The notes beneath the pieces are model-generated. The model saw only the letters and a program-made list of their open reading frames with translations. It had not been told where the DNA came from and made no database searches. The position numbers and the translations under genes are program-made. DNA of 32,000 nucleotides from Trichodesmium erythraeum IMS101 (GTDB lineage Bacteria > Cyanobacteriota > Cyanobacteriia > Cyanobacteriales > Microcoleaceae): positions 870,001-902,000 of the forward strand of contig NC_008312.1 of assembly GCF_000014265.1 (NCBI RefSeq), written 5' to 3'. Of the stretch, positions 1 to 10,081 are shown one piece after another; position 1 is the first letter of the stretch, and each line of letters opens with the position of its first letter.

Positions 1-1497
1 TTTAACTATGCTCTATTTTTATTAATAGTATTAGGAATCTACTGGTCAATGCCACGACAGTCTTGGCGAGTATTTATCCTCTTAATTGCCAGTTTAATTT
101 TCTACGCTACAATTCAACCCCAATATATTCCGCTGCTATTCATAATTACCCTATTAAATTTTTACCTCGCTCAAGCTATTGGGGAACCCAAAGACTGGCG
201 CATTGCCAATACAAAATGGAACCGAGGTCGCTTACTATTATTGTGGTTAGGTATAGTTTCTAATATCTTACTTTTATTAAGCTTTAAATATATACCTTTT
301 ATACTTAATAGCATTGGCATTTTTTACAATCAACCTTTGATGTTAGAAACTGCATTTTCCGTTAAAAATAATTTGATAGCTCCTTTAGGACTAAGTTTTT
401 TTTGTTTTGAATGTCTAGCTTATTTAATTGATATTTATCGAGGTGCCCCTGCCGCTACTTCTTTACTAGAATTTACATCTTATAAATTATTTTTTCCCAA
501 ACTAATTTCTGGTCCAATTACTCGCTATCATTATCTACAAAATCAGCTAGGAATGACTAGCAAAAAAGATAGTCAAGTTTCAGTTAAAATACCAGCCTTA
601 AAATTCCCAAGTTTAGAACAAATAACCGAAGGAATTTGGTTAATTGCAACTGGGGCAGTAAAAAAAGCTTTAATAGCTGATAATTTAGGAATTTTTGTAG
701 AGCTCAGTTTTAGTAATTTGCAAAGAGCAGGAAGTGGTGATTTGTGGTTAGCAACTGTTGCCTATGGATTACAACTTTATCTAGACTTTACTGCTTATGT
801 TGATATAGCTCGTGGCACTGCTTTCTTAATGGGTTTAAGTTTGCCACAAAATTTTGATTTTCCTTATTTTAGTACAAGTATTTCCGAATTTTGGCGCCGG
901 TGGCATACGACTTTAGGAAATTGGTTGAGAAATTATTTGTATTTTCCCTTAGGAGGTTCCAGGGTAGGGTTATTTCGTACTTGTTTAAATTTGTTAATTT
1001 TGATGTTAATTGCTGGTATTTGGCATGGTGCTAGTTGGGGTTTTATTGTTTGGGGTATTTTACATGGTTTAGCATTAGTAATTCATCGTTTAGTAGAGGC
1101 AATTTCTAAAAAAATTAATGCCGAGAAAATCTGGGAAAGTTGGTTAGGAATTTTGGTGAGTTGGTTGTTAACTCAGAGTATGGTTTTTGGGGGTTGGATA
1201 TTTTTTAGATTACCAAATCTGAGAGATTCTATGTGGGTAATTTATCATTGGTGGGGTTATGATGCAGATGTTCAATTTGTGGATAAAGTTTATCTGGAAG
1301 CAATGGGTTTAGAAAGGTTACAGTTGGTGTGGTTAATTGGTGGGGTTGTGATGGTTATGGCGATTAATTATTGGTTTCATTGGGGTTTAAAATTACAGTT
1401 AAATTGGCAGTTAAAAGTTTTATTAGTACCTGTATTTTTCTTTTTTGTTTGGTTATTGGCGCCAGAAGGTTTGCCTTATATTTATTTTGATTTTTGA
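1..1497 (+). CDS. MBOAT-family membrane O-acyltransferase (AlgI/DltB-like); 5' end lies outside the window
   Basis: Carries the MBOAT signature block 'FWRRWHTTLGNWLRNYLYFPLGGSR' and 'GIWHGASW', with many hydrophobic segments. Frame 1 is open from nt 1 (FNYALFLLIVLGIYWS precedes the tracked Met at 49), and this stretch resembles the usual AlgI N-terminus, so the true start is upstream of the window. Confidence 0.85.
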   Translation, partial: FNYALFLLIVLGIYWSMPRQSWRVFILLIASLIFYATIQPQYIPLLFIITLLNFYLAQAIGEPKDWRIANTKWNRGRLLLLWLGIVSNILLLLSFKYIPFILNSIGIFYNQPLMLETAFSVKNNLIAPLGLSFFCFECLAYLIDIYRGAPAATSLLEFTSYKLFFPKLISGPITRYHYLQNQLGMTSKKDSQVSVKIPALKFPSLEQITEGIWLIATGAVKKALIADNLGIFVELSFSNLQRAGSGDLWLATVAYGLQLYLDFTAYVDIARGTAFLMGLSLPQNFDFPYFSTSISEFWRRWHTTLGNWLRNYLYFPLGGSRVGLFRTCLNLLILMLIAGIWHGASWGFIVWGILHGLALVIHRLVEAISKKINAEKIWESWLGILVSWLLTQSMVFGGWIFFRLPNLRDSMWVIYHWWGYDADVQFVDKVYLEAMGLERLQLVWLIGGVVMVMAINYWFHWGLKLQLNWQLKVLLVPVFFFFVWLLAPEGLPYIYFDF

Positions 1498-1951
1498 CTA
1501 TTTTGATATGATTAATTTTGTGAAATAGCTAATCAAAATAAATCAAAAAAAAAGGGAAAAAGAACAACAAAGAAGAAAGGCAAATACTAATTTTTTCTTG
1601 TTGATTAAATATAAAAGTTATCACTCATATTGGTCTGAGGCTTTTTTTCATGACTTAAGTACTTAGTTTTCAGTCATTCAAGCTGAAAAAGTTAGTATTT
1701 TGGGAACTCCCATAAAGAAAAATAAAAGGAAAAAGACATCCGAGTTCTCCTCCTGGTAGGGCTTACCGGAGAGTATATTTCTTGTTCTTCTGTAGGGAGG
1801 TTATATGCAACGTTCCTAGCTATTCTATTCTTGGAATGAAGTAGGGAATGTGAGATGTAATATTAGATAGAAATTCCCACACTGGTGAAATAAAAATTTT
1901 TTTTTGTTTTAGTATACACTCTGGATGATAAATTACTTTAGATAACCAATT

Positions 1952-3634
1952 TTAAAGCTCAGAACTAGTTAATTTAATATCTGCTTCAGACCAAGCTTTT
2001 TCAAACTCTTGTTTAACTTCTGCAGCTTCTTTTTGTTTACCTTGTGCTGATAAACTTTCTACTAACCCATATAAAGACCAACCATTATTTGGATGCTGTT
2101 GTAAATCTTTACGATAAACTGCTTCTGCTTCTTGTTCCCTATTTAACTTTAACAAAGCTGCAGCTAAAGATTGACGCACAGGATAATACCAATAAGGAGG
2201 TTCCATATAAGGTAAATTATCTTGAAGTTTTACAGCAGTTTGGTATTCAGAAATCATCTCTTTATTTTTCTGTTTTAGTTCTGCCATTTTTCCTACTAAT
2301 AAATGATTAGCAATTGAAATTATATTTGTAGCAGGAACATTTGCTGTTTCTAAACTACTAAATTCTGAATTTTGTAATAAGTCTTTAATTTTTTGATTCT
2401 CAAATTCAGCATTTTCTAAATTTCCCTTACCAACCCATGCCATACCTCTTGCATAATGCCACATTGCCATGGTAAAGGGAAACTCATTTGATGGTTGAGA
2501 TTCAGTAAGAATTTCATCCCACTTACCAAATTGCACCAAGGAAAAATAGGGAGTAGGTAGAAAAATTTCAGAAAAAGGAATTTGCTTAACTTCCAGAAGA
2601 GAAACTTTATCTACTAATTTTCTAGCCGCTTTAATTGCATCTTCGCTACGTCCTTCCATACTAGCTGCTGACCAGAAAAAATGAATATTATGAGGATAAT
2701 AAAGTGCTGAATATAATCCCTTTTGTTGAGAAGTTGCTAGAAATTTTTCATCTGCTTTAATTGCTTTTTGGTTCACTCTCGCTGCATCATGATAACGACC
2801 AATTCTGAGATAAAGATGAGACGGCATATGTACTAAATGACCAGAAGCCGGAACTAAATTACTGAGACGATCGGCTGCTTTTTCTGCCTTTTCTGGATAT
2901 GGAGAAGCTTCGAGGGTATGAATATAATAATGTATTGCTCCGGGATGATTTGGATTTTTTTCTAATACAAATTCTAATGTTTTAACCAGTTCATTTGTTA
3001 AAGGTTGAGGTTCACCATTTTCTTGCCAGTAATTCCAGGGCATTAAGTCCATTAAAGATTCAGCAAATAGGGTTGCTGCATCTAAATCACTAGGATATTG
3101 TTGAGAAAGTTCTCTCATGGCATTAGCATAAGCCATATCTAAAGGTTGACGATTTTCTAAATTTTGATCAGAATATCTTTGAGATAAAGCTTTAATATAA
3201 ACTTGTTCTATAGGAGTAGTTTTAGTAGAAAGTTTTTGAGCTTTTTGGATAGCTTTATAAGTAGTAGGAATAGATTCTTGATTCATTGGAGCATTAATAT
3301 TAGGACCTTCTGATAAAGCCATGCCCCAATAACACATAGCACAATCAGAATCTATTTGAGTAGCTTGTTGAAAAGAACGTTTAGCTTCAGCATGGTTGAA
3401 GCCAAAAATAAAGGTTAAACCTTGATCGAAATAACGTTGAGCTTGAGGAGAAGTTGTTGTAATTTTATGGTGGATATTTCCTAAGTTGTTCCATAAAGGA
3501 ACTACACTATTTAATTGATTTTGATTTTTCTCAGTAGCTGACCAAGAAGGATTGAAAGTTAGTGTAATATAAATGCAAGTAGTGACACACACAGAGAGAA
3601 TAAAAATCAATTTTTTTTTGTTTTTTATATTCAT
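1952..3634 (-). CDS. Secreted or membrane-anchored tetratricopeptide-repeat protein of unknown function
   Basis: 560-aa ORF. The N-terminus is basic then hydrophobic (MNIKNKKKLIFILSVCVTTCIYITL), consistent with a signal or anchor. TPR-like helical repeats occur throughout (e.g. 'AQRYFDQGLTFIFGFNHAEAKRSFQQATQIDSDCAMCYWGMA', 'EAEAVYRKDLQQHPNNGWSLYGLVESL'). Confidence 0.7.
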   Translation of the reverse strand: MNIKNKKKLIFILSVCVTTCIYITLTFNPSWSATEKNQNQLNSVVPLWNNLGNIHHKITTTSPQAQRYFDQGLTFIFGFNHAEAKRSFQQATQIDSDCAMCYWGMALSEGPNINAPMNQESIPTTYKAIQKAQKLSTKTTPIEQVYIKALSQRYSDQNLENRQPLDMAYANAMRELSQQYPSDLDAATLFAESLMDLMPWNYWQENGEPQPLTNELVKTLEFVLEKNPNHPGAIHYYIHTLEASPYPEKAEKAADRLSNLVPASGHLVHMPSHLYLRIGRYHDAARVNQKAIKADEKFLATSQQKGLYSALYYPHNIHFFWSAASMEGRSEDAIKAARKLVDKVSLLEVKQIPFSEIFLPTPYFSLVQFGKWDEILTESQPSNEFPFTMAMWHYARGMAWVGKGNLENAEFENQKIKDLLQNSEFSSLETANVPATNIISIANHLLVGKMAELKQKNKEMISEYQTAVKLQDNLPYMEPPYWYYPVRQSLAAALLKLNREQEAEAVYRKDLQQHPNNGWSLYGLVESLSAQGKQKEAAEVKQEFEKAWSEADIKLTSSEL

Positions 3635-4238
3635 AAGTATGGTTTTTAATGATTGAATAAATTGGTTTTGAATCTGAGATTATGCTTAACTTTATATTAG
3701 CATTTTCAAGATTTTTTTTTCCTTATTCCGATATTATGAGTAGACTTCAAATGTTTAACAATGTACAGTAATATTAACCTGAACAGTGGGTAGTTCCCAA
3801 GTAGAAAAAATTATAACACTATACATAATTAAAATTATAAGGGTTTCGTGTAAGTCCTGATCAAGGGGAAAATATTCATTACCAACTAACAACTTTCTAA
3901 CAACTTTTTTACCGCCAACACTATTCAGGATTTATCCAATAAAACTTATATTTTCACAAGTTATCGCTTCTGAAATATCTAAAAAAAAACTTTGCTATAT
4001 TCAGTAATTTTATGGCTCAATAAAAGTTCAAATATGTAATCTATAAAAATTAATATATAGAGACATAAAAGTTAACTATAAATTTATATAAAAGACTACA
4101 TTTTAAACTATAAATATTTATTATATTAAGTCTTCACTACATAGTTAATTTCTAGATTTTTATATTTGATTTTCTAATAGTAAAATACTCAACCATAGAT
4201 AATATTATTATTTTTTTAATTACTATTTATTACTTTAC

Positions 4239-5069
4239 TTAATTATCTAGCAAATAAGAACACCAATCACTCCAACTACCTGCATAAAGTTTTCCTGTAT
4301 TAATACCAGCTATTTTTAAGGACCATAAGTTTACACAGGCAGTCACACCAGAACCACAATAAACAACAATATCCTCAGCATTTTTTACCTCTTTCCAACG
4401 AGAAACTTGTTCCGAAACTTTAGCCTTGCTATTGTCACCAGTAACTTGTTTCCAAGGATAATTAATAGCCCCTGGAATATGACCAGCAATAGGGTCAATA
4501 GGTTCATGTTTTCCTAAGTAGCGATCGCTATCTCGCGAATCAACTAAAACAACTCCCGACAAATCTTTTTTGGCTTTAACTGTTTCTATATCTACCACCA
4601 TTTTTTGTTGAATTTGAGGTTGAAAAAAACCATGATTTTGAGTAGGAATTTTATTTGTAACTGAATATTCTTTTTGCCACCCAGAAAAACCGCCATCCAA
4701 AAGACCTACTTTTTCGTGGCCCATATATGTTAATAACCACCATAAACGGGAAGCAAAGGCAAAGCGAGAATCATCATAAGCTACTATGAGAGTTTCTTGA
4801 TATTTAACACCTATTGTTGCTAATTTTTGTGCCAGTTGATTAGGATCAGGTAGTGGGTGACGCCCACCATGTTTTTGTACAGGGCTGGAAAGGTCTTGGT
4901 TGAGGTCTAAATAGAATGCACCAGGGATATGACTTTCTTGATATTGTTTGTTGCCTAATTCTGGATCTGCTAAGGAAAAACGGCAGTCAATAATAATTAG
5001 ATTTGGGTCACTCAGATGATTGGCCAGCCACTCAGGATCAATCAAGAGATTTGTACTAGTTATGTTCAT
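4239..5069 (-). CDS. sseA: Tandem-rhodanese sulfurtransferase (3-mercaptopyruvate/thiosulfate sulfurtransferase type)
   Basis: 276 aa with two rhodanese-like halves. The active-site loop 'YCGSGVTAC' (CGSGVTA is the 3-MST-type loop) lies in the C-terminal half. The start region 'LIDPEWLANHLSDPNLIIIDCR' is typical of the family. Confidence 0.8.
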   Translation of the reverse strand: MNITSTNLLIDPEWLANHLSDPNLIIIDCRFSLADPELGNKQYQESHIPGAFYLDLNQDLSSPVQKHGGRHPLPDPNQLAQKLATIGVKYQETLIVAYDDSRFAFASRLWWLLTYMGHEKVGLLDGGFSGWQKEYSVTNKIPTQNHGFFQPQIQQKMVVDIETVKAKKDLSGVVLVDSRDSDRYLGKHEPIDPIAGHIPGAINYPWKQVTGDNSKAKVSEQVSRWKEVKNAEDIVVYCGSGVTACVNLWSLKIAGINTGKLYAGSWSDWCSYLLDN

Positions 5070-5082
5070 GTTAAATTAGGTT

Positions 5083-5631
5083 TTATTCTGTTGGTAATAC
5101 TTCTGGATAAGTTGTACCCCTGTTAGGAGTTTGTGATGATTGCTTTACTAAATTTTTCCCAATAAAAACAACTAAAGATATAAATAATATTATCATAACT
5201 ATCCCTAAAGTTAGGATACTTATTCTGAGATTATTTAAACGTTGATTTTTGATGGGATTAATTTTATTTTTTTGAGAAAATACACTTTGTTTATTATCAG
5301 AAGAACTAGCTAATTTTAAACTAGATAAAGAGTTTAACTTTAAATCTAATGTTTGACCCCAGGTAGGATACTTATCAATGTATCTTTTGAACGATAATTT
5401 GACTATTTTAATTGCATCCAGTTTTACTTCTAGTAGTTGATTTCTGACTATATATATAATTATACTTCTCTCTGGCAGTTCATCAGATTCTAGGAGTATG
5501 TATAAGCAATTATTAACTACACTAACTTTTGCATTAATACCTTTAGAATGTAATTTATTATTTAATAGGGTAGCGATCGCTTTAGAATTTCCTTGTCTGG
5601 CAAGCTGAATAAATCTATACTGAACCATCAT
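5083..5631 (-). CDS. Hypothetical protein with a cyanobacteria-type N-terminal domain and one C-terminal TM helix
   Basis: 182-aa ORF ending 13 nt upstream of the sulfurtransferase start, so likely co-transcribed. The N-terminus 'LARQGNSKAIATLLNNKLHSKGINAKVSVVNNCLYILLES' resembles a domain I recall as recurrent in cyanobacterial proteins. The TM segment is 'ISILTLGIVMIILFISLVVFI'. Confidence 0.5.
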   Translation of the reverse strand: MMVQYRFIQLARQGNSKAIATLLNNKLHSKGINAKVSVVNNCLYILLESDELPERSIIIYIVRNQLLEVKLDAIKIVKLSFKRYIDKYPTWGQTLDLKLNSLSSLKLASSSDNKQSVFSQKNKINPIKNQRLNNLRISILTLGIVMIILFISLVVFIGKNLVKQSSQTPNRGTTYPEVLPTE

Positions 5632-5935
5632 TAATTACCTTTGTTTTAGGGAATAGTGAGCAGGTCGGCACTTTGTGTGCAAAATTATTACAGAGAAAAA
5701 AAGGTAGTAGAAAATAAGAAAAATCATTGTAATTTAGTAACTGAATAAATGCTATATCGTAAGCATTCAGCTATGAGTTTCATTCCCAATAGTTAATAAC
5801 TAAAGCTCATCGTTATTGTGACATAAGACTCTCTATCTTGATCAGATTCTATTTACGACTTTTCTGCATAAGCTGTAACTCTAGTAATATTTGATAAATT
5901 AGTATTATTTCTCTTTTTCTTCCTTTGTTTTACCT

Positions 5936-7195
5936 TTACCTATTAGTTTTCCCCACTCTAATAGCATAATTAGTGTAACTTTGATATTCGTTAATTTTTT
6001 TTCTAGCTTTCTTATATTTAGGATGAGATGGAGGGACAATTTTCATTAATTCTGTTGCGTCTTGCCACTGACTTGCTACTGCTTCCCATTCTATTTTAGA
6101 TTGGGCAGACTGTGCCATTTCTGCTGCATTCATAGCTCGGTTAACTGCTAATATAAATGGGTCAGGTGGTGGTAAAACAATAGTTTTTGTCGTCACGGAT
6201 GCAGATTGTTTTCCTGGAGAAGATAGAGATATAGATTTAGTTTTTACCTCTCTAACTTCTGGGTTTTCAGAATTAACTTTTTTTGGTATTGACGAAGGAA
6301 TTTCATTTTCTACAACTACAGCAGTTTTAGAAACTAATTTCCATGTAGAAAACCAATATATACCTAATCCAAGTATGGGAAGAATTAGTAATATTAAAAA
6401 ATTACGTTTAATAGTTTTCTGTATTTTTTTTATATAAGAATTTTGAGATTTATTTGGTTTTTTACTGTAGACAATATTACGGGGACGTTGTGATTTTTTG
6501 ATTTTGTTTACTCCATAATAAGTGCTATATTTTGCTGGTTGATTATCTAGATTATTAACATTAATTTGGGGTTTATTTTTATTTTTGGGATAAACTTTGG
6601 AAGTTTTAGCTGGAGCATAATGATTTTTTTTACTTAACATATTTTTTTTGTTTGATATAAATTCAAATTGATATAATTTAGTAGCGACTATTAGCCAAAC
6701 ACTAACAAATACAAATAAAAGCAACTTATCAATAACTGAATTAGGATATAAAAAACGATTGTTTTCTAAGATAAAAACTGTGTAATTTAGGTTAAACCAA
6801 GGTAGGATCAATGTAGATACTAAAATAGCTGCTAAGGTACTAATAATAGTAACTAACCAGCTATATAAAGCTTTCCACCAACTTATAGTCACTGGAAAAA
6901 AAAATAAATTATAACGATATCTTTTAGAAAAAGTTTGCCGAATAGTATGAAAGAATAAAATAAAAAAATGATGTGCAAATGCAAAAACAGGAATCCAAAA
7001 AAATAAAATAATAATACTCAAACAAACCAATATTTCTAAACTGCCCCCGAGTTGTTCCTCAAAATATACTCCTAGTTCAAAATCTCTAATTATGGTGATA
7101 ATAAAAGTCAAAAAATAAAGCATAATTAAAGCTTTTAAGCAAGAACTAGGATGACGAAAACATATTGGTAAGTAGTATTTTTTCGGTTTGTTCAT
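5936..7195 (-). CDS. Hypothetical multi-pass membrane protein with a Lys/Asn-rich linker and a conserved C-terminal helical module
   Basis: 419-aa ORF with several hydrophobic helices in the first ~190 aa, then a basic low-complexity linker and one more TM. The C-terminus 'WEAVASQWQDATELMKIVPPSHPKYKKARKKINEYQSY' is a motif common in cyanobacterial proteins. An alternative start at Met25 (nt 7123) is possible. Confidence 0.55.
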   Translation of the reverse strand: MNKPKKYYLPICFRHPSSCLKALIMLYFLTFIITIIRDFELGVYFEEQLGGSLEILVCLSIIILFFWIPVFAFAHHFFILFFHTIRQTFSKRYRYNLFFFPVTISWWKALYSWLVTIISTLAAILVSTLILPWFNLNYTVFILENNRFLYPNSVIDKLLLFVFVSVWLIVATKLYQFEFISNKKNMLSKKNHYAPAKTSKVYPKNKNKPQINVNNLDNQPAKYSTYYGVNKIKKSQRPRNIVYSKKPNKSQNSYIKKIQKTIKRNFLILLILPILGLGIYWFSTWKLVSKTAVVVENEIPSSIPKKVNSENPEVREVKTKSISLSSPGKQSASVTTKTIVLPPPDPFILAVNRAMNAAEMAQSAQSKIEWEAVASQWQDATELMKIVPPSHPKYKKARKKINEYQSYTNYAIRVGKTNR

Positions 7196-8096
7196 GATAA
7201 TTAATGTTCAGGAGGAAGAATTGAAAGATTACAGATTTATACCACAACTAACAGCAGATGGCTCATGGACCTTTTTTTCTCCCGAATTTGGTGAAACCTT
7301 TCACTCTTATTTTGGCGCTCAACAAGAAGCAGAATATAAATTTGTTGATCCAGTTCAACTATTATCTAGAGTAGATAGATCTGTAGTTTATTTACTTGAC
7401 GTTTGTTATGGACTAGGATATAATACAGCTTCAGCTTTGGCAGCTATTTGGAGAATTAACCCTAGCTGCAAAATCATACAGGTAGGACTAGAGTTAGACC
7501 CAGAAGTACCAAAAGCAGCGATCGCCAAAGGTCTTTTAGATAATTGGCCTGATCCTGTGCCAGAATTATTATCTACATATGGCCAAACCCATGAATTACA
7601 AACAGAGAAAATAGAGGCCAAGCTCCTAATAGGAGATGCAAGGACAACTATTCAACAATTAAGTAATTTTAGCTTCCATACAGATGCTATATTTCTAGAC
7701 CCCTTTTCACCACCCAGTTGTCCTCAACTCTGGACAGTAGAATTTTTATCTTTAGTGAGTAGTTGTCTAAAGCCTGATGGTATTCTGGCAACATATTCCT
7801 GTTCTGCAGCAGTCAGAACAGCATTACTTGAAGCTGGTTTAAAAATTGGTTCTACAATACCAGTAGGTAGGCGATCGCCAGGAACAGTGGCCAGTTTTGT
7901 GGCTCAAAATTTACCCCCACTTTCAGACAAGGAAAAAGAACACTTACTTACTCGGGCTAGTATTCCTTACCGTGACCCACAACTATCAGACTCTAGTGAA
8001 ATTATTGCGCATCGCCGTGAGTTAGAACAACAAAAATCATCCTTAGAACCGACATCTCATTGGAAAAAACGCTGGTCTAGAAAAGTTAAAAGTTAA
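7194..8096 (+). CDS. mnmD: Stand-alone MnmC-type SAM-dependent methyltransferase domain protein (tRNA mnm5s2U34 pathway, MnmD-like)
   Basis: 'TADGSWTFFSPEFGETFHSYFGAQQEAEYKF' and 'DAIFLDPFSPPSCPQLWTVEFLSLVSSCLKPDGILATYSCSAAVRTALLEAGL' match the DUF752/MnmC C-terminal methyltransferase pattern. The tracked ORF opens at TTG 7188, but ATG 7194 is the more likely start. Confidence 0.7.
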   Translation: MIINVQEEELKDYRFIPQLTADGSWTFFSPEFGETFHSYFGAQQEAEYKFVDPVQLLSRVDRSVVYLLDVCYGLGYNTASALAAIWRINPSCKIIQVGLELDPEVPKAAIAKGLLDNWPDPVPELLSTYGQTHELQTEKIEAKLLIGDARTTIQQLSNFSFHTDAIFLDPFSPPSCPQLWTVEFLSLVSSCLKPDGILATYSCSAAVRTALLEAGLKIGSTIPVGRRSPGTVASFVAQNLPPLSDKEKEHLLTRASIPYRDPQLSDSSEIIAHRRELEQQKSSLEPTSHWKKRWSRKVKS

Positions 8097-8410
8097 AAGT
8101 AATAATGCAGCCATAAAAATTTTTGAGTTACCACAAAAAGTTTCTCATAGAAAAGAGATAATAGGATAAACCAAAGACGACACTAGGGGAAAGTAGACAA
8201 GGCAGTAGAAACAAGGAAAACTGATACCTCATAAAAATTTAGGGATGTATCAAAAAGTCTTTAATGCTGCAAAGTAAAAAACCTACTCTGATAAGATGTT
8301 TCTTACTTTCTACTCCCATAGCTCTAATTGTCAGTCAAATATGAGAATATAAATACTGTAGATTCGTGATTAAACGTTTCTCAATTCAGAAAGCAAATAA
8401 TTCAAAAATT

Positions 8411-9826
8411 ATGGTAGCGGTAGCAATTTTAGCGGCTGGACGTGGCACTAGAATGAAGTCAGACTTACCTAAGGTATTACACCAATTAGGTTCTTGTACT
8501 TTAGTCAAACGAGTTATCAAAAGTTGTGTTTCTATTCAACCATCAAAAATAATGGTAATAGTTGGTTATCGTGGGGGCCTTGTACAAAAGTCTCTCCTAG
8601 ATAATAACAATAATATTGATAATGATAATACTCCTACACTAGAATTTGTAGAACAGACGGAACAATTGGGAACTGGTCATGCTATTCAACAATTATTACC
8701 TTATCTGAAAGATTTTTCTGAGGAGCTGCTGGTCTTAAATGGAGATGTACCATTATTACGACCCGAAACTATTAAGCAGTTAATTGATACCCATCAGCAA
8801 AATAAAAATTCAGCGACTATCTTGACTGCTAATCTTCCTAATCCTAAAGGTTACGGTAGAATATTCTGTAATACAAATAATTTTGTGACTCAAATAGTAG
8901 AAGAGCGAGACTGTACTGCTGCCCAAACAAAAAACCATCGCGTTAATGCCGGAGTTTACTGTTTTAACTGGCCTGCTTTAGCAAATATATTGCCTAAACT
9001 AAAAGCAGACAATGACCAACAAGAGTATTATTTAACAGATGTGGTTCCTCTTCTTGACCCTGTCATGGCAGTTGATGTGAATGACTATCAAGAAATTTTT
9101 GGTATTAATAACCGTAAACATTTAGCTAAAGCTCATGAAATTTTGCAGGTGCGGGTCAAAGATGATTGGATGGAGGCCGGAGTCACGTTGATAGACCCTG
9201 ATAGTATTACAATTGATGATACAGTTTTACTACAGCAGGATGTGATTGTTGAACCACAAACTCATATTCGGGGTTCGAGTATAATTGGTTCTGGTAGTCG
9301 CATTGGGCCGGGAAGTTTGATTGAAAATAGTCATATAGGTAAAAATACTTCGGTTTTGTACTCTGTGATTTCTGATAGTATGGTGGCCGACAATACTCGT
9401 ATTGGTCCTTATGCACATTTACGGGGTGACTCTCAGGTGGGTTCTCACTGTCGAATTGGCAATTTTGTGGAATTGAAAAAAGCAACGGTTGGCGATCGCT
9501 CTAATGCAGCTCATTTGTCCTATTTGGGGGACGCGACTTTGGGAGAAAAAGTAAATATTGGCGCTGGCACTATTACAGCTAATTATGATGGGGTGAAAAA
9601 GCATAAGACTAAAATAGGCGATCGCTCGAAAACTGGGTCAAATAGTGTACTGGTTGCTCCTGTAACTTTAGGAGAAGATGTGACAGTAGCTGCAGGTTCG
9701 GTAGTGACAAAGAATGTGGAAGATGATAGTTTAGTTATTGGTCGCGCTCGACAAGCTGTAAAAAAAGGTTGGAGGTTGAAGCAGTCCGATGAAAGTAAGA
9801 AAGAAGAAAATAAGTCATCGCCCTGA
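8411..9826 (+). CDS. glmU: Bifunctional UDP-N-acetylglucosamine pyrophosphorylase / glucosamine-1-phosphate N-acetyltransferase
   Basis: N-terminal nucleotidyltransferase motif '[21 protein letters not shown]', then 'EQLGTGHA', and a C-terminal left-handed beta-helix of hexapeptide repeats with '[16 protein letters not shown]'. The ORF opens at GTG 8366, but ATG 8411 gives the canonical N-terminus. Confidence 0.93.
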   Translation: MVAVAILAAGRGTRMKSDLPKVLHQLGSCTLVKRVIKSCVSIQPSKIMVIVGYRGGLVQKSLLDNNNNIDNDNTPTLEFVEQTEQLGTGHAIQQLLPYLKDFSEELLVLNGDVPLLRPETIKQLIDTHQQNKNSATILTANLPNPKGYGRIFCNTNNFVTQIVEERDCTAAQTKNHRVNAGVYCFNWPALANILPKLKADNDQQEYYLTDVVPLLDPVMAVDVNDYQEIFGINNRKHLAKAHEILQVRVKDDWMEAGVTLIDPDSITIDDTVLLQQDVIVEPQTHIRGSSIIGSGSRIGPGSLIENSHIGKNTSVLYSVISDSMVADNTRIGPYAHLRGDSQVGSHCRIGNFVELKKATVGDRSNAAHLSYLGDATLGEKVNIGAGTITANYDGVKKHKTKIGDRSKTGSNSVLVAPVTLGEDVTVAAGSVVTKNVEDDSLVIGRARQAVKKGWRLKQSDESKKEENKSSP

Positions 9827-10081
9827 ATAATTTTCAAGTTTATGATCAACCGCGAAACTTCAATAACTTATGAGATCATACATAGCCATCAGTAACGCCT
9901 AATTTTTTTTTAGATGTTGGTAGAAAAAACAATAGGGTTTCCCCTGATCAAACCTGAAAGATATTAATTAATTTAATATCATATTCCCTTCTACCCTCTG
10001 CCTTCCTTCTATAAGTAAATAAATACTTAACCAGATTAATAATTAAGTATTTTGTCATACGCAAACTTTGGAGATAATTTT

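Noticed and set aside
63-2310. Small overlapping ORFs 63-263 (+) and 2044-2310 (+). Similar cases are 7406-7621 (-), 18680-18928 (-) and 18875-19078 (+)
   Set aside because: Each is nested within, or antisense to, a longer ORF with recognisable family motifs, and their translations are not protein-like.
3611-3619. Homopolymer tracts as possible phase-variation switches. These are A9 in codons 6-8 of the 560-aa TPR gene, A9 at 17627-17635 and A10 at 19456-19465 upstream of the two accessory TPR genes, and T8 tracts inside the symporter
   Set aside because: Runs of 8-10 A or T are frequent throughout this AT-rich window, in both coding and non-coding DNA. Without population data there is no evidence of length switching.
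9207-9849. Four minus-strand ORFs (61-92 aa) antisense to the 3' half of glmU
   Set aside because: They overlap the hexapeptide-repeat region of a high-confidence gene. The periodic codon pattern keeps antisense frames open, and they show no independent signals.
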